Source: Takakia lepidozioides (taxonomy: Eukaryota > Plantae > Bryophyta). Taken from it: a stretch of 64,000 bases of DNA. The notes below the pieces were generated by a model. The model searched no databases. It was not told the origin of the DNA and worked only from the letters and a program-made list of their open reading frames with translations. Positions 53,610 through 64,000 of the stretch are shown here, one piece after another. Within the stretch, counting starts at the first letter, position 1. Each line of letters opens with the position of its first letter. Position numbers and translations under genes: made by a program. The DNA lies in the NCBI GenBank assembly GCA_030704615.1, contig CM060732.1, positions 76,632,001 to 76,696,000 of the forward strand, in the 5' to 3' direction.

Positions 53610-54220
53610 AGGAAACTCAAGGTGATTTGCAAGCAAACATTCAAAGAGGTCGCGCAAGGCATGCATCAAGGCAAACACATGAAGTAGCGGCTGCAGCAAA
53701 TGACACAATATGGGAGATGAATGTTGTGAAGCTTACAACCAACAATTCAGTACTCGCACACGACCACATGTCAATGGTGAAGGTACACTTCTAGGTTGGA
53801 ATACAAGCGATAACGCAAGCACAGAGGAAATGTATATGAGACGAAATTCCATTGTCAAGTCTTTATTTAGCCGAAAGATAATAAGGGACATGGAACAAAT
53901 ATGCCCAAACCACTATATAGGACTACCGAGTGAGGATGATTTTGGTGAGGAGTAAGTACTTCATTTGGTGCCCTCCTCTAAAATTTCTTCACAAGTTCAG
54001 ATATTGTACCAAGTTCAGACATTGTACCGAGCATTTGCTGGAGTAATGCTAATTTTGCATTCTCGGTTTCTTTCATATTATCAAGGAGTAATTTTCATTG
54101 TTGAGAAAGCTCATTGATTACTTCTTGTGTTGTTTGTTTTTCTCCTTTTCGCCCAGTCAGGGTATGTGGAATTGAAAAACTTGGTTTTGGTGCTGCATCA
54201 ATGTCAACACCTAAACCCTC

Positions 54221-54497
54221 TTATTCTTCTTCAACATTCTCACCATTGGGGTCAGCATCTGTAGCACTACCATGATGATGGTTGAAAACATTTTCTCTTT
54301 CATGCATCCAATTGTCAACAAGCATGTACCACTTACATTTTGCAGATTTTCTATTCCCACTAATTCCATTGGCAGTGTAATCAGCCTTGTAGTCCTTATA
54401 TATCTTCTTCCACTTCTTTATGCATGCATCACTGCTATGATCGAAATCGGGGCAGGCTGCAACCAATTCGACATGGAGTAGAGCCCAATTATCAACA
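54221..54497 (-). CDS. Myb/SANT-like (trihelix-type) DNA-binding domain exon, probably the accessory ORF of a PIF/Harbinger element
   Basis: DNWALL...DHSSDACIKKWKKIYKDYKAD...SGNRKSAKCKWYMLVDNWM fits the W...C..KW..I...Y pattern. A convergent + strand remnant at 53611-53955 (MRRNSIVKSLF) may be the transposase C-terminus. Confidence 0.55.
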
Positions 54498-57400
54498 CCT
54501 AAAACCAACCACAACAATAGAATTAGACAGACTGTTACACTCTCAGATTGCATTGTTGAGAGAGTTAAATATACGTCAACATTGGTGATTCAACTACAGT
54601 CAAACCTGCATAAATATTATCTATTTTTTTGCTATATCATCGTAAATATTATGGTTATGGAGGACTATCGACTTGAAACAACCATTTCAATTGATATTGA
54701 AATATGCATTTGAACTATTGAAATGGCCATTTCAATATTCAAATGGTCATGAGAACCCTAACCAGAGCAAAGAGCAGAGAACATTAGCTTAAGCACTATG
54801 TGATGACACCTTTGGTACTACTGAGATACTATGAACGTATGTCTGAAGAAGAGAAGAAGCTTCTAAATGTTATCTTGCATCTTAAGGACTTGTTTTAATG
54901 TTAAATTTCTAATTGTTGATATAACTGCCTAATTGTTATAGAGTCTCTACTCTTGGAACATAATAATTATCCAGGTTTGACTGTAGTGAAAGACGGTATT
55001 GAAGACATGCACAAACTTTGTTTTTTCATTCCTGCAAACTCGTCGTGCATTTCTTCACGCAGATGTATAAGGTTTACCACCCAATGGGCCTTCCAATTCG
55101 GGCTTCTTTGTAAGAACAATATGATCACTTGACTGCAATTCAAAATCCATGTCATCAACCGACAATTCAGTACCTGCTTCATTATCACATGTTGGCACGA
55201 TGCTTTCTGTATTGTGCACCTTACTTCGGTAAGCTCCCCTTCAAGTCACAGTTACTCGCTTTGATGCGCGCGTCTGACTCCCAAACTGACCGCCTGGCCA
55301 ACTCGGAGCTTCGGCTGCTCACCGGGACATAACAGTCCCCCTTTACTCCTCCACTTGACTCTCTCTCAATTTGGGCCAAGTGGAAATTCCCTTTTGGTCG
55401 ATGGCAGTCCGGAACAGCTCCCCACTCCTTGGTCGCTTTCCGGCTCGCACGCTTACTCATTAGTTTTTGGTCACCAACGGGCTTGTACCGTTCTCGGGGT
55501 TACTACTCCCTATATATACTTCTGTGACTGTCCGCGGGGGTTTCACAAACAACCATGCCATTTTATGGCGAACCACCATGAAAACCCTCGATTCCCGGTG
55601 ATGAGTCGCGGTGAGTCTTGGCCCACCCACCACGGCCCCATTGGACCGTGATGAGTCCCAAGACTCCCCACGACTCCCACCACAAGGTCTCCGCCCCCAT
55701 GGTGAGTCCTATGCCACCCCACTAAGTCCCACTAAGCTACCACCACCCCTCGTGGAACCACCCCCACCGCAACCCGGTGTGCGGGGCTCCACCTAGTGAG
55801 TGCCTCCGCCTCCTTGAGTGCCTTGGGTATTCAGGGGTGCTTCAGCCCTCGTATCTATTGTTGCCACGGCCCCCACGACTGGGGCAGCCCCCCTTGTGTC
55901 CCGACCACCTGCTCCCAAGGCGAAAGGCCGCGACATTCTGGCCTACCGACGCTTTCTGGCCTCTTGAATATCAGAAGTTTTGATCTGGTAGCTATATTGT
56001 GTAGTGCAGGTGGTCTTCCAAATGAGCTACATACTTGCGCTAATGATGCTAACGGAGTGACATGCTTGAATTGCTTACTGGAGATTTGACTATCGTGATC
56101 GGGGTTGAAAGAGCTTTGTGAAAATCAACTTCCAAAGTCGTCGTCATCTTCTTGCGAAAAGAGATCTTCTCGATTCATGCTTCACGTTGCTCTGGCTTCA
56201 TGATGCTTCGGCAAAAGTACAAGGTGCAGAGAAAGAGGCGCGAAGAGAGCCGCCGAGAGGCTTCGTTAGGTTTTGTCTAGTGGACAGGATTTGGGGACCT
56301 GCGAAGCATTCAACTCAGATGACAAGATGACCGCCCTGATGAACTTTGTACCTACCCTATCTGAAGAGGTTGGCGATACTTTCCAAGCGAATGAAGAGGA
56401 GTCCTGTCCAATTTCTTGCATGCTGTGTGGCAGCGTGAAAGGGAAGGTATACCCGACATGTAAATCATGTTTACTCTCAGTATCTGGAGAGTGTTACCCG
56501 ACCTGCACCCCCAACAAGAATTGCAAAACTTGCATGGCGTGGGTGGGGTTTCCTTTGACCTCACTGAGGCTGAGAGCCAGCTTGGCAGTCATACACCTGG
56601 TAGAAAAAGTTGTTCTGCTGCAAGCAATAAGCTCAGGGTGAAGCTTTTATAACCTTCTGAAGCTTTTGTAGCCTTATAGGAACCCATTTATCCTCATAGA
56701 ACTTGTTGTGAACATTGCCAAGCCGAAGTCCATCATTCTCGATGCTGGTGACAAAGCAGCTGACCCTATGTAAATTTGTAAATATGTTTACCAATTTATG
56801 TTATGTACAGTCTCCGTGTTTGGTTAATAATCACACAACTTCTAATCAGAGGGAAAGCAGTCCTAACTGATGGCTATTTTGTAGTAGGTGGGAAAATGTT
56901 GCAACATTCAAATGGTTACTAGGACTTTCAGCTCAACCCCTTTAGATTCTTTGCAAATTTTTGCTAGAATGCAAATACCACTACTATGTACCAAGTAAAA
57001 CAAATCAAAGGGCTCTGTTCTATAGGAATTTGTTCCAAACCCCATACAATTTCTCATGACCCATGCCAGATTTTTGGTGAGCAACTGCAATTCACAACTG
57101 ATTGAAGTTTACACTTTACCTCACTACTGTAGAATTTTGACATGCGATGTTCATCCGTTTCTTTTCTTACCCAAAATTTTAGAGCTTCACCCACATTTTA
57201 CATACACTGCATTATAAGCCAATACCTTCTATCATAGATGTTGTTCCATTCTGATACTGTCAGACCCACTGCATGGCACATGGAAAATAGGCACAACCAA
57301 CATACGCGTAAATAGCTCAACTCAAATATCACATCATGGAATAAGTTCAAAAAATGAAAGAGCCTCGCAAAGATACATCACAAAAAGGAAGAAAATGAAA

Positions 57401-57659
57401 GACTACAGAAATACCAGGACGTAAGTCACATTGACGTAACCTATATATATGAACAATGGAACTGAAGAGACACAACCACCTTCTCCAAGCTCCTCCCAGA
57501 CAGCAAGATCCTGCCTGCGTCAGAACTAATTTCATTGATCCAATTTCGTGCTCCACAACTTATCATATAACAGGTCACGTTGGGAAACTGGGAGTTGTAC
57601 CTACCATCATCTTGCATCAAGGATGTGCCAAAGGCCAGCTCATGATTCCTTGATCACAG

Positions 57660-58110
57660 AGCCCAAAAAAAATAAAAAATTGACCGCCACATGGCGGTCG
57701 TTTGTTTTTCTATATATTTTTTAAATTAAGCGACCGCCCAATGGCGATCGCTTGTTTTTTTAATATATTTTTGAAATTATCCGACCGCCATATGGCGGTC
57801 GCTTGTTATGTACATATTTACAAAATTGTGCGACCGCCAATACAGCAGTCGTTTGTTTTCTTTTTTAAATTAGGCGACCGCCAATCTTGTTTTAAAAAAA
57901 AAAAATTTTGAAGCGACCGCCAAGATAGCGGTCGCTATTTCTTTTTTTAATTCAAAAAATAAAGCGACCCGCAGTGCGACCGCCAATCTTGCTTTAAAAA
58001 ATAATAAAATTGAAGCGACCGTCAATTATGGCGGTCGTTATTTCTTTTTTAATTTCGAAAAACAAAACGACCGCCATAATTGGCGGTCGCGTTCATTTTG
58101 TTAATTTTCA
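57660..58110. repeat. Array of palindromic GCGACCGCCA...TGGCGGTCGC units with A/T-run spacers; likely one arm of a Mutator-type TIR
   Basis: About 9 (G)CGACCGCC copies and about 6 inverted partners, e.g. CGACCGCCATAATTGGCGGTCG at 58068-58089. No partner arm found in the window. Confidence 0.65.
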
Positions 58111-58232
58111 AAATGTATTTGCCACGCCATCGTGTCGGTGACGTGGCTGCTTAAGTGACAGTATTTTACTTGATCCTATTTTTACCAATATTTTTCCCGA
58201 ACCTGACGTGACCTGATGCTGACGGACAGACG

Positions 58233-59989
58233 TGTCGTGCACCTAAGCATCGTGCCACAACATACATCGCTATCGAACCACACTTCCTAGCATATAGTCC
58301 TAGAAAGCCACGCCACAATGATACGGAAATGGTGAAAAGAGGAATTACGTTATATAAGTCAAGCCAATGGCACCTTTGCTAAAGGATTCCACCATACAGA
58401 CCTCACCCACTCTCCATCTCAAGTACTAGAGCTATGGCGGCAAGAGAGGCCTCGGGAGGCTCGACTAGAAGAAGACGAGCCTGCGTCTCACGTGGAGATA
58501 ACCTCCCCACGTCCCAAGTGAGGTTTGCCACCTCATTTGGCACATGGAACCAAATGAAGTCCCAATGCCAACAAAATACAAATATAAATGTAGAATGTTT
58601 TAATTAGTTAGAAATAACTATTTCTAACTAATCACAAACAAAACCATGACAGCTGTCGTGCACCTAAGCATCGTGCCACAACATACATCGCTGTCCAACC
58701 ACACTTCCTAGCATATAGTCCTAGATAGCCACGCCACAATCGCCCCCCTAGCTGGTGATTAGGTCCTTCTAACACCGGATAGCTTGCAAGTATCCACCCC
58801 AATAAGATCATCGTTTGGTCTTCAATCGCACAAGTTCCAACACCTGAAGTCGATAGATCAAGAGGCCGGGTGCAAATGTAGCCCCATCGTTAGTCGCCTT
58901 CATGCAATCCATGATCTTCAGTCGAGTATCCATGGCATTGAAGCCCCACTAGCTAGATCTTGGATCATTTGTCCGCCTCACCATTGTCATGCCCACTACC
59001 TCTGTCCAAGGCATCGTGGATACAACCATTCTCCGATAGGAACCTCCAAAAGTGGGTGTCAAGCATCCCATGTGCCACCCTTTGAACATTTGTCACACAC
59101 CAACATGGTTGCGGCGCCACTAGCATGCCCACATAGCATGCAACGCAACCCTGCAGGTACCATTGCAAAGTTGGGATCTATCATCTCATCCACATGTGGA
59201 AGGTGACATGTGCACATGGTCATTCCATACCATGCCATCTCGACCCTCCAGAATTAACATTCCTGAAGGCAACACCTCCCCGACCCTGAGAATCACACGT
59301 CGTGCTGTGACATCCAAGGTCGTGGGCGCTGTCTGCTGCAAATACACATAGTTCCCAGGGTGGAAACGCCGAACATTTGGCCGATATCCCCTTCCACGTA
59401 TAGTAACGTACCTCCATGCGTCTCGGTGTTGGGCAATAACAAGGTTATCAAAAGCCATAGGCATGACTCTCTTGAACAACTCTGCCCGCTGGGCACATGC
59501 TTGTGTCCACATATCCGGATTATCAAGATTGAGAACCATTGCAGCCTCCCTGCGAATAGATGCAGGCAAATCCGGCTTTCGGCCGAAGAGAAGAAAGTAA
59601 GGTGAGAATGAGGCAAGTGAAGCTTGTTTGCTGAACCTATAGCCCATAGCTAGCCAAGGCAGTTGAAGGTCCCAATCTTCTAGGTGTCCCTTCTGCAAAC
59701 CGTACTTGCGCAAACCTCTCTTGACTGTCTGAACAACTCTCCGCCAAGCCATCAGCCTCGGGATGATCCCAAGAAGTAGTGTGCGGTGATCTATCAAGGC
59801 TTGCTCAGACAAAGCCTGAAACTCCCCCAAGAATTCTCTCCCCCGATCCGTGAGTACCTCGGCTGGAGCACCAAAATGGCTAAGCACTCGATCTAAGAAT
59901 GCATACGCAGCCCCTTCACTTGCCTTGTCAGGCAATGCCACCAGTTCAATCCATTTGGAGAAGTGTTCCACCATCACCAGCACGTACAT
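58233..59989 (-). mobile_element. Ty3/gypsy relic: integrase core, PHD finger, PPT and terminal direct repeats
   Basis: VEHFSKWIELVAL, FGAPAEVLTDRGREF, FSPYFLLFGR (integrase). PHD remnant at about 58998-59143. PPT AGGGGGGCG on the minus strand at 58741-58749. 85-bp TGT...ACA direct repeats at 58233-58317 and 58654-58738. Confidence 0.85.
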
Positions 59990-60055
59990 TAAGAAATTTA
60001 GCCAGGGATCTCAAAAACCTTAAGAGGAATGTCAGATCAATATCAATGTTGTGAC

Positions 60056-60564
60056 CAGCGTTGGACTTGTATATAGGTGAAGGACTGATATATAATACTG
60101 GTATATATACTGGTATTCGATACCAGACCAGTCTGGTATCATTTGGGAGAATACTTGGTCATATACCAGACCAGGCTGGTATCAGTTCTTTCATACCAGC
60201 CACAATACCAGTACTCCCCCACCGTCTTCCTCATTTACTCTGATATGTATACTAAATTAATTCACGTGTACATATGCCTCTATATTTGTACTTAAGTATG
60301 TTTACTTCTTTATGTATACTTTATTCGTTTTCACTTGATATTTGCCATTTGATAAATCTGTAACTCAAGGAGGCTTTGGAATGATACCAGAGTTGATATC
60401 TCATACCAGCTGGTATTGGGGGTCATGATACTCATATTCATATCAGTATCTGGAAATAAAATACATCCACCATTATATAGACCGGACTGGTATGAAAGTT
60501 GTGTGATACGTCTGGTACCAGGACCAGTATGGTATGTAAAAAACTTGATACCAATCCAACACAC
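60056..60564. mobile_element. hAT-like MITE with ATACCAG/CTGGTAT subterminal repeats
   Basis: Imperfect TIR CAGCGTTGGACTTGTAT / ATACCAATCCAACAC and many ATACCAG motifs in both orientations. No TSD found. Confidence 0.45.
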
Positions 60565-61444
60565 ATCAAGTCACTTTGCTGGATCCATAGGGAAGGCATG
60601 AAAACATGTCCATACCTTCATTCTGTCAAGCATCCACAACGGGCAACGGACCCACAATGTCAGCTACTACTCAGGAGACATGGTTAAAAAGTAGAAATGG
60701 ATAAAATATCATTGTTGTGAGGTGACAAGTTGGAACTAACCAGAAGCGACACCCTTCTCAAGGTACTCAATGAATGTCTTCCAAATGATTGTGGAAATCC
60801 TGTTACTTTTCAGTTGAGGGTGTGAAGTGTGATTGGCATCGCTATGTAGTCGCCTGAAAAGAGGTTTGATTCACAACATGACTGCACTCCAAGAGGTCAT
60901 GTCAAAGCTGCATCTGCTATACAGTTGATTCACGCGTCTTGTGTGAGATGCAAAGTGCACATATGAATACTGAGCGAGATGAGCCTTTTCAAGATAGACA
61001 GGTGCCATACTATGTGTGTCCTCTTCTGTGGAAAGGATGAACAAGTTGACCCAACCTTGAGTAGGCTCTTGTCCTTTCATAGACAGAAGTGGAAACAGGG
61101 ACCATGGATTCCACATATATCTGGAGCAAGAGCTAGTAGTGCTCATGGTCCTTCAGCCGACTGTTCTTCCCCCATGTCTGCAACTTGTAGGATATTGATC
61201 TGCATCTCTTTTGTGACAGGGCTACCTTTCTTGCTCACTAGAATTGCCAACAATTCTGCTTTTGATGGTAGTCATGTGCTTGCTTTAGCAGCTGGTTGCA
61301 CCTTCAGTTCCACACCTGCCAGCCCAAGTATAGAATCATAGACCTGGCTCAGAAACATGCATCTTATAATGGTTTATGCCTCCCAAACAAAAAAGACTCC
61401 CACACACCAGCAGAGGGTCCATGGAATTAAGTAAGAGAAAACAG

Positions 61445-62659
61445 AATAATGCATCAGAGATTGTACTCATAAGACGTTGTTTGCCGTAGCCTTGTGGCCA
61501 TTGACCCCGCGCCCAGTTTGAGCGGGAACAAAAGGGACAGAACCTACCTCTGTCAGGGGCTGACGTTGGTAGTAAGACTTACCTCCATATAAAGAATTAA
61601 TCCGGGTTTTCCAGATATCCTCTAGAAATCCCTTCACACAAGCATCAATCTGCTGTGTGTGATTTGCCCAAAAACTAGGCCTCAGGAGGGCCTGGGCTTT
61701 GGCTCAGCCTCGAGACTTTCAAAGTTGGTAAACAGGGGTACAGGCACAATTCCCTTAATAGATTTGAAGAGAGCGTCTCTTTGGTGAGAGAACCCCGGAC
61801 AGTGTATCAGAAAATGAATACTGTCTTCAGATTGCCCACACAACGGGCAATTGCACTCTCCTTTCCTCTCTGCTTCTGTTTGCTGTTCAAAGGTAGGCTT
61901 CCTGCCCTGAGTTTAAATTTCAGTCTAGTGCCGAGAGTGGGTAGACCCTTGAGGTCATCCAAGATGTCCTCCCCACGTCACAGACTGGAAACAAGTTCAG
62001 GGAAGTTTTCTGCCTAACTTCATTTTCATCAGACAATCTCATGGCAACAGACATGAACAGCCTCTAAGTCAGATTTATCCAGCAGGGTCAAGACTTGCGG
62101 ATCCAGGTCCAGGTCCTTGAGGATCTCTTCTACTCTCTTCTGCCAGGACTTAGCCTGTTTGACAGGGCGGTCCTGTTTCCAAGATATAGAGTCGATTAAC
62201 TTAGGATATCTGGTGTTGGGCATATGTTGCAGCTGACCCCACCATCTGACCTTGAATTCATCTCGTCGGGAGCTTAAGGATGGAATGCCAAACTCACCCC
62301 GAACAGCCACATTGGCTGTTTTGGAGCATGCTGACATACACTCCTTAAGCACCCCCACGTGAATGGATTCTAGAGACTTAGCCTGGTTGGAGTTATCAAC
62401 CCATATAGCAGATCCGTACTCCAAGGCAGGTCTAATAACGCGACAAAGCATGGTTTTCTTGACCTCAGAGTTGACCCCTCTGCAGTGGAAAAATTTAGTG
62501 CAATAATGCATCAGAGAATGTACTCATAAGACGTTGTTTGTCGTAGCCTTGTGGCCATTGACCCCGCGCCCAGTTTGAGCAGAACACAAAGGGACAGAAC
62601 CTACCTCTGTCAGGGGCTGACGTCGGTATTAAGACTTACCTTGAATAATGCATCAGAGA
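61445..62659 (-). mobile_element. 5'-truncated non-LTR retrotransposon (RTE/RTEX-like RT C-terminus and CCHC knuckle) plus a second short copy at the same target
   Basis: IRPALEYGSAIW...VAVRGEFG...RWWGQL (62029-62500), then KFKLRAGSLPLN and frameshifted CPLCGQSEDSIHFLIHC. The 16-mer AATAATGCATCAGAGA occurs at 61445, 62502 and 62644. Confidence 0.8.
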
Positions 62660-62682
62660 GAGGAACAAGAAGAGAAGAGAGA

Positions 62683-62792
62683 GAATATACTCATAAGATG
62701 TTGATTGCCATAGCCTTTTAGAGAATAGAGAATGTACTCATTGTTTGCCGTAGCCTTGTGGCCATTGACCCGCGCCCAGTTTGAGCGGAACA
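62683..62792 (-). mobile_element. Two more very short 3' tails of the same non-LTR element within a GA-rich tract
   Basis: GAATATACTCATAAGATGTTGATTGCCATAGCC and GAATGTACTCATTGTTTGCCGTAGCCTTGTGGCCATTGACCCGCGCCCAGTTTGAGCGGAACA between (GA)n-like runs. Confidence 0.7.
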
Positions 62793-64000
62793 CTTTTAGA
62801 GAAGAGAGAGAGATAGAGAGAGAAAGAGAGGGAGAGATGACTCAGGTTGGGGTAAATAAGAGCCTCATCGTCAAGTGGGTACTACCAACTTTCAGGGATG
62901 GGCTCTTTGAGAAGTAGAGAAGAGAAATGAAACGATACTTCATAATGTCGGCAGAGAGAGAAAGAGAGGCAGAGGGGCAGAGTTACTAACAGTGGAGCTT
63001 CACCAGATTCTCCCTCACTTTCCCCCTCAAGTCCAGCAGCAAGAGCTGCTGTTGTCTTTTCTTCCTTCACAACAAATTTTGCCATCCGTTCCCTTGCTCT
63101 TGATGTCTTGGCTTGTCAAGCAAAACCCACTCAAATGTCAGAGAAAGAAACCAATAGAAGGAACTTTAAAGACGTGCTGAATCTGCAGGAGGTTTCAGAT
63201 TGATCTAGAAACTCTATGAAAGATTCAGTTTCCACAATAGTACCAACAGGTTGGAAAAATGATGCTTTCAAGGTAGCCTGTTAGGAGTAGAGAGGTAAGA
63301 GTGATTTGGAGGAACAGTTATCAGGATACATTCCAAGACAAAGACAAAGATCGGCACTGGCGTGTGTAAGAAAGACTCACATATCAGTAGGTGACAGCGT
63401 GAGCCAGAACCAGCGAATACTCAGTTGACCAATAGATCTTATTGCAACCATTGCACTCTTGCTGTCAACATAGTCTCGTGCAAACCGCTTCCTGTCTTCA
63501 CCTGACTTAACAACCCCATTAGCTTCTAGCATGTCGGACCTTGAGACGTACCTTGTGCATCCACATGCCCAAGAATCTCCTTCCATAGCAGACCGGTTAC
63601 AAAGCTTCAACTGGAAGTCATTCTTGTAGAAGCTTGAGATTCAAATATTGCTTCGTTCAATGGTCCATGTGTATGAAAGGACTATATTACAGTTGATCCT
63701 ACCTCCAGACTAGAAACAGAGCTTCGAAGCGGTATTTGAGGCAATCACAGCTGTCTAATTTCAGGTGGCTAGGGGGGTGGGGGACGGGGGAGGGAGTGGA
63801 AGAGGAAGAAAGGTTGATCAGAAAGCTCAGTCGATAAGGAAGACAAGACCTTCATACTTTGATGAACAAGGAATCCAGGAGGCTGACGAGGAAGCCAAGC
63901 AACAATGTGGAGCATGGCTGGTCAATCCAGTATCCGAACAATGGCAATTATACGAAGGAAACGTGTAGATGAGGAGGTAAACAACAACATATGTACACAT

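Noticed and set aside
57660-58110. CRISPR-like array of palindromic repeats with spacers
   Set aside because: Eukaryotic context, degenerate repeats, low-complexity mutually similar spacers and no cas genes.
60690-61330. Coding-like minus-strand fragments, also at 62880-63970
   Set aside because: Could be pieces of a pseudogene split by the LINE, but no family could be recognised.

Overview
Eukaryotic nuclear DNA from a non-seed land plant, most likely a bryophyte. The evidence is GT-AG spliced housekeeping genes, a seed-free-plant-type 5S rRNA relic and a PLS-class PPR-DYW editing gene. The left ~44 kb is gene-rich: the 3' end of a lysyl-tRNA synthetase, ARL2 head-to-head with a SYP3/syntaxin-5, three Bet v1/PR-10 paralogs, a purple acid phosphatase/NPP, and METTL5 with an apparent frameshift. 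It ends with a decaying PPR gene whose spliced N-terminus carries an OSB-type PDF ssDNA-binding motif in front of PLS-E-DYW domains. Interspersed, and filling the right 20 kb, are nested mobile elements: a self-nested foldback element with a TAGG hotspot, an LTR relic, a MULE-like element, a piggyBac-like element with its TTAA end, CACTA ends, a Harbinger-like Myb ORF, a Ty3/gypsy integrase with a PHD finger, and a non-LTR retroelement that repeatedly re-inserts at GA/TC-rich targets. All exon boundaries and alignments were read by eye; none were computed.
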